Assembly (NCBI RefSeq): GCF_004010195.1
Contig: NC_057730.1
Coordinates: 8,572,574 to 8,636,573, forward strand
From: Chiloscyllium plagiosum
Lineage: Eukaryota
Direction: 5' to 3'
Length of the DNA stretch: 64,000 bases
Part shown: positions 26,704 through 38,905 of the stretch, one piece after another
Layout: the number at the start of each line of letters is the position of its first letter
Position numbering within the stretch: the first letter of the stretch is position 1
Made by a program: the position numbers and the translations under genes
Notes under the pieces: model-generated
The model's input: the letters and a program-made list of their open reading frames with translations, nothing else
The model's database searches: none
Told to the model about the DNA's origin: nothing

Positions 26704-27199
26704 CTGAAAGAGAAAGGAGGGGGAGGCATACATTTAAAAATATAGTTCTTTGTGGGATTTCCATAGGCTGATTCCACAAAAATCAAGTACATGAATTGTG
26801 AACACAAAGTGAGATGGATGCAGGGATCCAAGGTTGGAAAATATTTGCTGTAAAAGATGGGGGCAGAGGGAGAGGGGATTCTGTATGGATTTAGAGAGGA
26901 AACAAGAGGGAACTTTGAGTTTGTTGTGCAACCACATGATGGAAGGATGCCGCTAGATGCTGTCATGTTGGTAAATTAAATGGTTTAAGGAAGAAGAATT
27001 TTGATTTAATGTCAGTGATTAAATAAAACACCAGGGGCAATTTAGTGTGGGAAAAATAAAGCATTTACTGGTGTGTAAGAGCATTTCTGGATGTTAAACA
27101 AATAAAAAGTCATCAAGAGCATTCCATATTCAGCCTGCTGTATAGGAAGGCTTCAGGCAATCAATAGAAACATCTACATTCTGCAAAAGAATTAAATCA

Positions 27200-27947
27200 G
27201 GTCATAGAGATGTACAGCACTGAAACAGACCCTTCGGTCCAACTCGTTCATGCCAACCAGATGTCCCAACCAAATCTAGTTCCACTTACTGTCCCATATC
27301 CCTCCAAACCTTAGCTATTCATATACCCATCCAGATGCCTTTTAAATGTTGCAGTTGTACTAACCTCCACCACTACTTCTGACAGCTCATTCCATACACA
27401 TACCACCCTCTGTTTGAAAATGTTGCCCCTTTGGTCTCTTTTATATCTTTCCCCTCTCACCCTAAACCTATGCCCTCTAGTTCTGGACTCCCCCACTCCA
27501 GGGAAAAGACTTTGTCTATTCACCCTATCCGTGCCCCTGATGATTTTATAAACCTCTACAAGGTCACCCCTCAGCCTCCAATACTCCAGGGAAAAACAGT
27601 CCCAGCCTGTTCAGCCTCTCCCTATAGCTCAAATCCTCCAACCCTGGCAACAACATTGTAAATCTTTTCTGAACCCTTTCAAGTTTCACAACATCCTACC
27701 GATAGGAAGATGACCAGAATTGAACGCAACATTCCAAAAGTGGCCTAACCAATGTTCTGTACAGCTGCAACATGACCTCCCAAGTCCTATACTCAATACT
27801 CTGACCAATAAAGGAAAGCAAACCAAAAGCCTTCTGCACTATCCTATCTACCTGCGACTCTACTTTCAAGGAGCTATGAACCTGCACTCCAAGTTCATTT
27901 TTGTTCAGCAACCTTCCCTAGGACCTTACCATTAAGTGTATAGTCCT
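27200..27947 (-). mobile_element. CR1 LINE 3' portion
   Basis: YRTLVRPLLECCVQFWS and TRGHRFRVRGERYKRD; reverse complement of 30740-31425. Confidence 0.9.
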
Positions 27948-28128
27948 AAGTTAAAAATCACCCAACACCAGGTTATAATCCAACAGGTTTAATTGGAAGC
28001 ACACTAGCTTTCGGAGTGACGCTCCTTCATCAGGTGATAGTGGAGGGCTCAATCCTAACACACAGAATTCTGGTGTTGTGTCATTTTTAACTTTGTACAC
28101 CCCAGTCCAACACCGGCATCTCCAAATC
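27948..28128. mobile_element. PLE-derived mini-element (family B) with inverted ends and a hammerhead-like core
   Basis: 12-bp TSD gtgtatagtcct at 27936-27947 and 28129-28140. Core on the - strand at 28002-28036. Confidence 0.8.
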
Positions 28129-28262
28129 GTGTATAGTCCTGCTACTGAGTCAACTTCGCTCCCTGCAAGGTGTCAACCCATCTTCAATTATTGGTTGTCT
28201 GACTGTACTACGTGTACCATCACTTGGTTACATTTAGAGGTCTCCTCCCAAGCCCAGTTTAC

Positions 28263-28368
28263 CGTGGCATCCATTCTTCCAGCGCCAGTCTGCTTTCCTC
28301 TGGGGTTTTGGTCTCTTTTTTGACCCACTTCAGTCGATTTGTGATTCTATGCACATGGGTGTCAACAC
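28263..28368 (-). CDS. NTHL1: NTHL1 exon with the catalytic Asp (VDTH)
   Basis: ttttcattccag|GT...CCACG|gtaaac, 106 bp. (S)[34 protein letters not shown](R). Not in the ORF track; read manually. Confidence 0.95.
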
Positions 28369-29899
28369 CTGGAATGAAAAATTAAAACAGGCAAAAGGAG
28401 TTAATTGGGTGCTGAGGTGGATTAAGTGCTTGTGAAATGAATTTATCAAACCAAATCAGCAACACTATGTTACAAATTTTGGTTTGCATTAAATATCCTC
28501 TAGGATTAACTAGTGCTCTTGGGCAAACAAGAGGAGTTTGAGTGGAATATTGAGGGAGGTAATTTAAAACTAATTCATTGTTGGAAAATTGCACCCAAAA
28601 AGTGGTGAAGTTACAGTCCAAGTAAAAATCAAGTTCTATAATCACAATTGCAGAAGCTGCCATGAATCAATGCCACGGCCAACATACCAGAACATAACCA
28701 CTTATTTGTTTCTCTTTCTATACATTTAAGTCTTGGAGCCAGGGGGTTGCTATAGTAATACAGCTAAAAATAAGCTTATCACCAAAGAAAGCATTTTTAA
28801 TCAGGGTATCTAGTGCTTCACTTGTGAATAACCCAATTAAAAATCAGAGAAAATGAATTTTTAAAAAGTATACTTAACAATTTATACCTTTCACTGGTGA
28901 ACAGCAGTTGTTTCCTAGTAATTTTTTTGAAAAATGAAAAATTGTCTGGTCAACTTGCCTAAGAAAATGAATGCAATTTAAAGAGCCTTCCTTAATCATC
29001 ACACTTGGCGGAAACAGGTAACAGTCACCTGGGAACACGGACAGCTTTGACTGGGATAAAGCATGAACCTTGAACCAGTGGAAACTCAAGTGTAACTGGT
29101 TTTGGGTCAAGCTCACGTACACTTAAAATCCATATCATCTTTAAATGCCAATTCTGCCCAAACGGTATTGATATTACTGTTGATATTGACCCATAAATTA
29201 GATTTGTCCAGACTGTTCACTCAAGATGGAACAAACTTGGACACCAACATGTGAGACACCTTCATTTTGGGACTCTGGATCCCTGCACATAAGCAGTCTA
29301 TATGAGAGTAAAAGAATCTCGTAATAATTTAGCAAATGGGAGCTGGAGTGGATCATAAAGCTAAGTGAGCCTCCCATCATATTTTAAAATCGTTGTCCTA
29401 CACAATGTGTTGCACTAGTCTTTCTCACTTTCAAGACCTGTTTCATGAAGGCACCACAGTGCCAATGACATAATAAACTTATAACCTGAAAGCATCAATT
29501 TTGCAATTCTCAATCATTTCCGAAACCTTCCATTGCTTTCGCCTTCTTATCTCTATAACCTCCTCCAGCCCTATCACCTCCAAAATATCTGTACTCCAAT
29601 TCTGGACTCTTGAACATTCTGATTTTAATAGGTGCAACGTTAACAGATGTACATTAAGCTTATTGGACCCTAAGCCCTTTATTTTTTCCCTTAAATCTCT
29701 CCGCCTCTCTCTCTCTTCCATTAAGATGTCCCTTACAATCAATGTTTTTGGACCAAGCTTTTGGTCAAAGTGCCCTAACATTTTTTTTTTGAGTAGCTTG
29801 CTGCCAAATTCTGCTTTCTGTTCCACAAAATACTATGGGATGTTCAATTGCATTAAGAACACTGTCTAAATGCAAACTGATCTTCTGTGGTATTGCAAA

Positions 29900-30135
29900 A
29901 GCTCCCAGGTTTGATTCCCACCTCAGGCGGCTGTCTGTGTGGAGTGTGCACATTCTCCCCGTGTCTGCGTGGGTTTCCTCTGGGTGCTCCGGTTTCCTTC
30001 CACAATCCAAACATGTGCACATTAGGTGAATTGGCCATGCTAAATTGCCCATAGTGCTTTGGGTGGGCTACTCTTGAGAGGGTCAGTGTAACTTGTCGGG
30101 CTGAAGGGCCTGTTTCCATACAGTAGGGATTGTAT
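29900..30135 (+). mobile_element. HE1-type SINE, 5'-truncated
   Basis: gcacattctccccgtgtctgcgtgggtttcctc...gggcctgtttcca. Confidence 0.8.
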
Positions 30136-30188
30136 GATTCAACTTCAAACCTCTGGTCAAAACTAAGGGGGAGGGAGGGGAAGAGGAG

Positions 30189-30191
<3 letters not shown>

Positions 30192-30232
<41 letters not shown>
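30192..30232. repeat. (GA)n microsatellite
   Basis: Direct observation. Confidence 0.95.
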
Positions 30233-30244
<12 letters not shown>

Positions 30245-30404
30245 CACACAGACAGACAGAGAAAAGCAAGTTTACTGGTTGCTCTCCAGTGACCGATGTC
30301 ATCTGGAGTATTTCCATGGAGGACAATTATGTATTGTGTTAACAATTGCTTATTTTCTGCTGACAAAACAGTTTGTTTGGAGCCGGTTCTCTCTCTTTAG
30401 TGCA

Positions 30405-31425
30405 GATATGGCTCAAAGGTAGAAGACAGAGGGTGGTGGTGGAGGGTTGTTTTTCAGACTGGAGGCCTGTGACCAGTGGAGTGCCACAAGAATCGGTGCT
30501 GGGTCCTCTACTTTTTGTCATTTACATAAATGATTTGGATGTGAGCATAAGAGGTACAGTTAGTAAGTTTGCAGATGACACCAAAATTGGAGGTGTAGTG
30601 GACAGCGAAGAGGGTTACCACAGATTACAACAGGATCTGGACCAGATGGACCAATGGGCTGAGAAGTGGCGGATGGAGTTTAATTCAAATAAATGCGAGG
30701 TGCTGCATTTTGGGAAAGCAAATCTTAGCAGGACTTATACACTTAATGGTAAGGTCCTCGGAAGTGTTGCTGAACAAAGAGACCTTAGAGTGTAGGTTCA
30801 TAGTTCCTTGAAAGTGGAGTCGCAGGTAGATGGGATAGTGAAGAAGGCGTTTGGTATGCTTTCCTTTATTGGTCAGAGTATTGAGTACAGGAGTTGGGAG
30901 GTCATGTTGCGGCTGTACAGGACATTGGTTAGGGCACTTTTGGAATAGTGTGTGCAATTCTGGTCTCCTTCCTATCGGTAGGATGTTGTGAAACTTGAAA
31001 GGGTTCAGAAAAGATTTACAAGGATGTTGCTGTTTTCCCTGAAGCATCGGAGGCTGAGGGGTGACCTTATAGAGGTTTACAAAATTATGAGGGGCATGGA
31101 TAGGATAAATAGACAACGTCTTTTCTCTGGGGTTGGGGAGTCCAGAACTAGAGGGCATAGGTTTAGGGTGAGAGGGGAAAGATATAAAAGAGACTTAAGG
31201 GGTAACTTTTTCACGCAGAGGGTGGAACGTGTATGGAATGAGCTGCAAAAGGATGTGGTGGAGGCTGGTACAATTGCAACATTTAAGAGGCTTTTGGATG
31301 GATATATGAATAGGAAGGGTTTGGAGGGATATGGGCTGGGTGCTGGCAGGTGGGACTAGATTTGGTTGGGATACCTGGTTGGACCGAAGGGTCTGTTTCC
31401 ATGCTGTACATCTCTATGACTCTAT
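30405..31425 (+). mobile_element. CR1-clade LINE RT plus 3' end (young, few disruptions)
   Basis: WRPVTSGVPQESVLGPLLFVIYINDLD...KFADDTK; tail ctctatgactctat. Confidence 0.95.
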
Positions 31426-32099
31426 ATGCACTGTCCTCTGTTTATCTCCAGCATGGAGAATTCTTGGAATGGTACAATCAGAACAGTCTATTGTGATTGC
31501 TGCTGCAAATGTGACTACTCAAAGTATTTCTTTGGCTATGAAGTGCTTTCAAGTGATCAGAAGTCACAAAAGGTGCTATATTAATGGAAGTTCACTGTTT
31601 GTCCCTTTTCCATCAGTCATAAATTACTGCTGCACATTGCTCAATACAGGAATTTTGTATGTGTGTTTGAGCTTGTGACAACTTGGCATGATCATCTTGG
31701 GCCTCACCTCCATTTCCTGTGCATGCACCAACCCCCCTGCCCCCCACAACTTCCTCAGAGTCCAATATCCCTCTTTTCCAGTCTTAAATACTTTCAACAA
31801 TGATGAAGCTTTCATAACCCTTGTGTGGGGCAAAGAATTTCACAGGTTGAGTAATTTTTCTTCAGCTCAGTCCCAAATGATTGTCCTCTTATTTGGGACT
31901 GTTCACCTGTGTTTAGTTTTGACAACCAGCAGAAACACAGTCTCTCAGCACCAACCTCGAGAATCCTGGCAGTCAGTCAATCTCACACCCCCATTCTAAG
32001 TGATTAAAGACTTAACAGCAATCTAAGTTTGTTCAATATATTGCATCAGTTCTATGATACTTGAATACTTTAAATTCTGTGTCCTATGACTCTGCCCCA

Positions 32100-32228
32100 C
32101 TAGCCACCTAATGAAGGAGCAGCACTCCAAAAGCTTGTACTTTCAAATAAACTTGTTGGACTATAACTTGGTGTTGTGTGATTTTTAACTCTGTCCACCC
32201 CAGTCCAACACTGGCACCTCCACACCAC
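32100..32228 (+). mobile_element. PLE-derived terminus (family B), degenerate hammerhead-like core
   Basis: cacctaatgaaggagcagcactccaaaagctt...ttggactataacttggtgttgtgtgatttttaac. Confidence 0.75.
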
Positions 32229-33634
32229 ACAGAAGACATGGTGCACACTTTAATGTTTAACAGTTAATGAACAGAGCTGTGTAAATAATGGAGGAGCAAG
32301 CATGGGAATAAAACAACTGAAAATTTACAAACTTTTCACATGTCATGCTCTCACACCAAGTAGTGCATTCAAGTAGCCGCTCTGGACATACACAATCTAG
32401 GCCAACAGAACCAATGCAGCATTAAGGAGGTGTTGCATCGTCCAAAGTGCTTTTGAATAAAACGTTACCCCAACGTCCCAGTTGGCCTCTCAGGTGCATC
32501 TGAAAAGATTATTCTAAAGGACTAGGAAGCTTTTTTGGCCTAGGCCAACTTCACTAAAATAGGTCATCGGTTGGCTATCACACTTCTATTTGTGGCAGTT
32601 TGTTTTGTACAAATTGGTTGTGGGGTTTCCTTCCTTTTAGCAGTGGATTCACTTTGAAAGAACTGAAATAATCATGATGTCCTGTGCTTATGAAAGGTGC
32701 CATACAAATCCAAGCCTTTTTGTTTTCATTGCTACAGATTAGCTATCGAGATTGTCATAAATTCAGTCCTCAATAATTCAGTACTGCACTGTACAGGTCT
32801 GGGAGGTCAATCTGACAGACACTAAGCCTACATGGTCTAAGGTCATCTTCTAGACATGAAACACAAAGCCAAATGCTCAAAGGCAAGCAAAGGAAGGAAT
32901 GCATTTATACAACAGCTTTCATAGCCTCAAGACATCCCAACGCCTTTGCATCATTTCATCAGTTCTGCATTGGAGTGTGCTCAAGTCATATTTGCTAGTC
33001 CTCCAATTTACTCAATAGCTGTATTGACTTCCAAGAACCATAAGAATTAAAAAAAAATTGACATATTCAGTTTCAAATACTTATGGGGTTTATTTCCTGA
33101 TCTGACTCTACACAATGGATGTTTTAAGCATTGGCATAGAGTTTCCAACAAATTGCTTCTGTTCCACCCAGCATCCAGAAAAGTATCAACTTGGATCTCT
33201 GCTGTGTAAGCAGTTTGCATCATTATGTATATTTCAAACACTTGTCACCAAGAGAATTGTTAAATTTTAAAGAGCATTGAGAGAACACCGAAAGCTTTTC
33301 CTTCAAACTCACCTCTTCAAGCATTAAAAAGAGCTTCCTGACTACTTCACCCATTAGTGCAGGTAGATATAGTCGATGATTTGTACCAGGAGTCCACTAG
33401 ATTAATATTGAATACAAGAGTTCATGCTGCACTGCAGCACCATCAAGTGGCAGGGACTGAACACACACCATTGTTGCCAGAATAATGCTCTTGCAGCAGG
33501 AAGTCTGGTATTTTCCTACAGTGCGACTGCTCTCAGACTTTGTCATGACAGTAATGCCCGTATAATGGCAGATAGCTGATCTGTCTAAGTTGACTCCTTG
33601 ATTTCATTATGTTACTGGTGCCTGTGGTACTTAC

Positions 33635-33794
33635 TGATGCCAGACACGTTATTCCAGGCTAGCTTCATGATGAGATGAGCCATCTTCGGTCCCACTCCTG
33701 GAAGTTTCAGAAGCTCGCTGACACTGCTGGGAATGTCACCATTGTACTGCTCCTTCAAGATTGCTGTGGTCTGCTTGATGTATTTCACTTTACT
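33635..33794 (-). CDS. NTHL1: NTHL1 exon with the helix-hairpin-helix motif and catalytic Lys
   Basis: atgcag|AGT...ATCA|gtaagt, 160 bp. [53 protein letters not shown]. Confidence 0.95.
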
Positions 33795-34397
33795 CTGCAT
33801 AGGTACATCATATAATGGATAAGGTGTAAAGATAATAACAATCTATCAATTCTGTCTTTCAGTTGCGCCAGCAGTAATCTAGTGGTTATGTCATTGGACA
33901 GGAATGATCCAGAAATAGGTGTTCAAATCCCCCCATAACAGCCAAATGATTTAATCTCAATTAGTTAAATAAAATCAGTCATCATGTTAATAATTGTAAT
34001 TGGATTATTGTAGATCCTAAGCCAGTTCATTGATGTCCTTTTCCATAGGGAAAATAATCCTCCACCCTTACCCAGCATTTGTTGTCGATTCCTAATTGCC
34101 CTTGAGAAGATGGTGAGCCACCTTCTTGAAATGCTGCAGTAGGTACTCCCATAATGCTGTTACTAAGGGAAAGCCATGATATTGATTCAGAGACAGTGAA
34201 GGCATGGCAATACTGTTTCAAGTCAGAAAGGTGGTTGGTTAAGAGGAGTCTTAGAGATGTACAGCAATGAAACAGACCCTTTGGTCCAACTCGTCCAAGG
34301 GGAATTGTTTCTGCTGCCCTTGTTCTTCTAGGTGGTGATGGTTGCAGGTTTGGAAACTGCTGTTGAAAGACACTTATTTAGAGACAAAAAAAAATTA

Positions 34398-34558
34398 GAC
34401 AAGCAGGAGGTTGTAAGAACACAAGTCAGGCAACATCAGGCGATGGAGAAGTCAATGTTTCAGGTGTAAGCCTTCTTCCGAGTTATAACCAAAACAATTG
34501 ATCTCTCCACTTGATGCTGCTGCCTGGCTTGCTGTGTTCTTCTAGCCTCCTGCTTGTC
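34398..34558. repeat. Fold-back (inverted) PLE-terminus-like element
   Basis: gacaagcaggagg...aagaacaca pairs with tgtgttctt...cctcctgcttgtc. Confidence 0.6.
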
Positions 34559-34569
34559 AATGTTGAAAG

Positions 34570-35350
34570 GGACTTGGCAAACTGCCACAGTGCTACTCTG
34601 ATGATACACAAAGCTGCCACTATGTGTCAGTGGAAGCGGGATTGAATAATTACGCTGGTAATGCCTATCAAGTGGATTGCTGGATCTTGGAATTTTTGAG
34701 CTCCTTAAGTGGTGCTAGAGTCACACAGAATATATAAGGCTGAACTGATTAAATTTCTGGTTGATGATAACTCCCAAAATGTTGATTGTTAGGTATTCAG
34801 CAATAGTAATGATTATGAATGTCAAGAGGAGATAGTTAGATTCCCGCTAGTTGGAGATTGCCATTGCCTGGTACTCAGGTGGTATATAAATGTTACTTAC
34901 CACTTACCAGCTCAGACCTGAAAGTTGTCCATACTTTGGAATGTGGGAATGGCATTCAGTGTCTGAGGAATCTTGAATGGCAATTTGCAATCATCAACTA
35001 ATCTCTCCACTTCTGATCTTACGATGGAGGGAATATCATTGATGAAGCAGGTGAAGATGGGTGGACCGAAGACAACACTGGGAGGAACTCTTGCAGTGAT
35101 ATCCTCAGACTAGGAAGATTGACTTCCAAATAAACTGATTGGACTATAACCTGAAGTGTGATTTTTAACTTTGTTGATAACCAGAACCATTTTCCTTGGT
35201 TCTATGATTGACTTCAACTGGTAAGAGTCTTGCTCCTCATTCTCAACATTTTTAGGGTTCCTTGATGCCACACATTGTCAAATACTACCCTGATGTCCAG
35301 GATAGTCAATTCAACTCTGAAGTTTGGCTTCATTGTTCATGTTTGAATCA
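34570..35350 (-). mobile_element. Old non-LTR retrotransposon RT remnant
   Basis: The - strand reads ...VPPSVVFGPPIFTCFINDIPSIVRSEV..DDC, a degraded GVPQGSVLGP/FADD region. Confidence 0.6.
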
Positions 35351-35574
35351 AGATTGTAATGGGATTAAGAATCAAGAGTGCTAACTGACCTTTGACCTAA
35401 CAAATCAGTTAACACAAAAACAATAAATGCCAGTCTTGCATGTAGTAGATGAATTTCAAAAAAAATCAAGTGAAAAGGAGATGAGATGCAGCATGTGCGA
35501 AAGGAAGTGAGTAGAAGGGAAGGGTTTCTTATTGATACCACGAGGTTTCTGAAACTACCATCATTCTCACAATT

Positions 35575-35990
35575 GTTAGAGACATAAGTAGGTCATTCAA
35601 CCTTGAGCGTCTTCCACCATTCAATGAAATTATGGCTGATCTGTGGCCTAACTCCATATACCTGCCTTTGGCCATATCCCTTAATACTTCAGCTTAACAA
35701 AAAAATTACTATTTCAGATTTAAAATTAATAACATACCCAGCATCCACTATTGTTTATGGAAGAGAGTTCCAAACATCTACCACCCTTTGTAGAAGTGCT
35801 TCCTAAGATCTCTCCTGAATGGTCTGGCCCCAATTCTCAGACTATGCCCCCTAGTTGTAAAATCCTCAGCTAGTGGAAATAGCTTATCTTTATATATCCA
35901 GTCTTTACCTATTAATATCTTGAAGACTTCAATCAGATCATCCCTCAACCTTCTAAATTCTAGAGAAAGCAGGTCTAATTTGCAGTAACT
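35575..35990 (-). mobile_element. CR1 LINE 3' fragment
   Basis: LEFRRLRDDLIEVFKIL...TRGHSLRI. Confidence 0.8.
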
Positions 35991-36639
35991 CAGATTCACA
36001 TTGAATAGTGCAACAAGCAGCCTTGAATAAAACTGACCACTGCATTGCAAATGTCTTTGATATTTAAAAAGCCAACTAGCCCACTGAATAATGAATCTGC
36101 ATGTAAGGAAGTGATTGACAGACAGAATAACTGATCACTTGTTAGATGGTTTGGAATGTACACATGTTGCACAGAGTAAACATCGGTACTGTACTGGCAA
36201 CAGGAATTTAAATATTAAAATGTAATAAGTGAAAATTTTCCTCATGATATCACATGCAAATTGTACCCTTTGGCAAACATTGATAGGAAACCGCAAAGCG
36301 AAACATTAACACTAAAATGATCAAAAGTTAACATTAAAATTCAGGCATGATTTATGATCTTCCCTTTCATATCGTAAAACTTCCTGAGCTGTTTCATGGT
36401 AGAGAACAAATTTCGATACCTACCAGCTTTAGGACAGTGACCAAAACCTTGGTCAAAGGGGTAAGTTTGATGGACCTATGTAAAGAAGCAGAGAGTCAGC
36501 GAGATTAAGGAAGGGAACTGCAGAGCTGAGGGCCCAAGTAGCTGAATTCTATTATCAATGGTAGAGCGATGAGCATTGGGATAGTACATTTGAGGAGATG
36601 CTCAGTTGTAAGATAGTGATTCAGTAAATGTGCACTAAC

Positions 36640-36810
36640 CCTCCAGAATCCAACTGGATAGATAAGCTCTCCCAGTGTCTTATCATCCATCTTGAGGATG
36701 TTGTCCACAGTCAAGCCATGGTCCCTTAGCTGCTTCATTGCTGCAAATGTCACCTGATCCCTGGTTTGGCTGGACAGCATGAGCGACAAAAGCACTTGAT
36801 ACCTCATGAC
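36640..36810 (-). CDS. NTHL1: NTHL1 exon (HhH-GPD domain N-terminal part)
   Basis: ttctgcag|GTC...AGG|gttagt, 171 bp. [57 protein letters not shown]. Confidence 0.95.
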
Positions 36811-37147
36811 CTGCAGAATTCCAATAAAGACATATCAAAATAGTCAGTGGCAACATTCAGCTGAGGCAGACACATTCCTATTTTAACTTTGATCTTAACT
36901 TCAAGTATGCCTTTAAGTATTAAGAATGAAGGACACTTGTGGGGCATTTCTTTCCTGCTCTCCTTTCTCTCCAGTGGGGGTCGCCCAACATCTGCTATCC
37001 TTATCTCAATCCAAATGGCAAGTGTGGAAAGGACACAGACAAGGTGTGTCAGTTTTGTAGCACCCTCATTTCTGCATCAGGAGGTTGTGGGTTCAAGCCC
37101 TTCTCAAGGCTCTGTGGCTTTTTCTCAGGTGGCTCAGTTAGCTAGAT

Positions 37148-37352
37148 CGAGAAAGTGAGGACTGCAGATGCTGGAGATCCGAGCTGAAAAATGTGTTGCT
37201 GGAAAAGCGCAGCAGGTCAGGCAGCATCCAAGGAGCAGGAGAATCGACATTTCGGGAATGCCTGAAGAAGGGCTTATGCCCGAAACGTCGATTCTCCTGC
37301 TCCTTGGATGCTGCCTGACCTGCTGCGCTTTTCCAGCAACACATTTTTCAGC
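37148..37352. mobile_element. Palindromic PLE-derived mini-element (family A)
   Basis: 74-bp arms at 37183-37256 and 37279-37352 with one mismatch. TSD cagttagctagat at 37135-37147 and 37352-37364. Confidence 0.85.
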
Positions 37353-37564
37353 AGTTAGCTAGATGATTGATTTATGATGCAGAGTATACCAACAGCATGG
37401 GTTCAATTCCCATGCTCACTGATGGAGATTCTGCCTTCTTGCCACTCACTTGAGGTGTGGTGAAGCTCAGGCTAAACATTCACCATCACTACTCTGTCTC
37501 GCCTCAAAAAGCCTCTGGACCCAGAGATAATAGCAACATTACTATAAGATCTTAGAAAAGAGAA

Positions 37565-38118
37565 TGATGAAGGGCTCCTGCCTGAAATGTCGCTTTTCCT
37601 GTATTCTGCATTTAAATTTCACCTTCCAAAGTGAACGACTTCACATTTTTCCCAGGTTGGACTCCATCTGTCTCTTATCAGCCTAGTTCTGCTTCCTGTC
37701 ATGTCTTGTTGCAACTTACAACAACTTTCCACACTGTCCACAGCTCCACCAACCTTTGTGTCATCGACAAATTTACTAACCCACTCTTCCACTTCCTCAT
37801 CCAGATTTGTAAAAATCACAGAGCAGAAGTTCCAGAACCAACCCCTGCGGAACAAATTGGTCATGGACTCCAGGCTGAATACTTTCCATCTACCACCAAA
37901 CTCTATCTTCCGTGGGCCAGCCAATTCTGTATCCAGGTTTCCCAGTATCCCATTCCTCCTTTTTTAAATGAATGAGCCTACCATGGGGAACCTTATCAAA
38001 CTGAGAAGGTAAGGGCGCCCTCAACGTCGATTTTCCTGCTCCTCGGATGCTGCGCTTTTCCAGCACCACTCTAATCTTGACTCTGATCTCTAGCATCTGC
38101 AGTCCTCACTTTCGCCTA
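37565..38118. mobile_element. Composite element: CR1 RT fragment (-) flanked by family A PLE termini in direct orientation
   Basis: tgatgaagggctcctgcctgaaatgtcg at 37565; SKFVDDTKVGG on the - strand; PLE tail 38003-38118. Confidence 0.7.
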
Positions 38119-38333
38119 GGATAGTTTCCTTGTCAATCCATATACCTCAACGAACAAATAATTACTTATTTCATTGCTGTTTGTGAAAGCTTTTTATATA
38201 CAAACTGGTTACCATCTCCAGATACTGCACATAGTTGACTCTGAAGCACTTTGTGTCTTCTTGGGAGTCAGGAAAGTCGCTATACAAGTGCAAGTTTCAG
38301 TTTAGCTACAGGATCTGGGTTCTATCAAATTAC

Positions 38334-38774
38334 CTCGGGGGCTGCAGTTTTGTCGAAGCATTGTTCAGCGCCCATGTGATCCACGGGCGCATCCCTGCCC
38401 TCCCTCATCTTTCTGATGTTATCCAACTGCTCCCTCCAGTCCTTGGGCTCCCATTTAGAGTTTGTGTCCTTTTCTGGGGAAGCAGACTGCGGCCGGCTAA
38501 GCTTTCGGCCCGAACCGCCAGCAGTCCGCAAGGATTCCCTTTTCTGTCTCCGTGCATTTCCGCGTATAGGAGAGCTGCCAGGCCGGATCGATGAGGCAGC
38601 TCCGACCGCGTCTGCTTGAATCTGGAGGCCGGGCTGGCCCACTGCCGGCCTGCCAACGGCAGGGCTCTTTGCTAAGTTGGAGCCGGGGTGATGATCCCGC
38701 TCCCTGGCCACCCACACCCGTCGGCTCATGTTCCGAGTCAGTACGCCTGATGTAAAATAAGGCGAGGTAGCCAT
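38334..38774 (-). CDS. NTHL1: NTHL1 first coding exon (endonuclease III-like protein 1); an in-frame upstream ATG lies at 38840
   Basis: MATSPYF...[41 protein letters not shown]|gtaatt. The 3' part matches the NTHL1 WEP..W..QL.NIR.MR...DAPVD.MG motif. The donor is firm; the start codon choice is inferred. Confidence 0.88.
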
Positions 38775-38799
38775 AATGCCCACTTTTTGTGAGATGAGA

Positions 38800-38905
38800 G
38801 CTGAGGGTCGCGGTCCCTTTAAATCTCGCGCTGCTAACATGTATCAATCCGGGGGAATGTCACAACATTCGATTCTGGGGCGGGGCTTCGCCTTGGCGCG
38901 GTCTG
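38800..38905 (-). promoter_or_regulatory. Putative NTHL1 CpG-rich promoter
   Basis: CpG-rich 38480-38905. GC box GGGGCGGGGC 38877-38886, E2F-like TTGGCGCG 38893-38900, TTTAAA 38818-38823 followed by TCTCGCG. Confidence 0.5.

Noticed and set aside
29853-30366. ORFs with SLSLSL or RERERE runs
   Set aside because: Translation of a (GA)n microsatellite and an adjacent SINE.
30373-31359. Reverse transcriptase ORFs as a functional gene or retron-like system
   Set aside because: 5'-truncated CR1 copy with stops and a deletion; one of many similar copies in the window.
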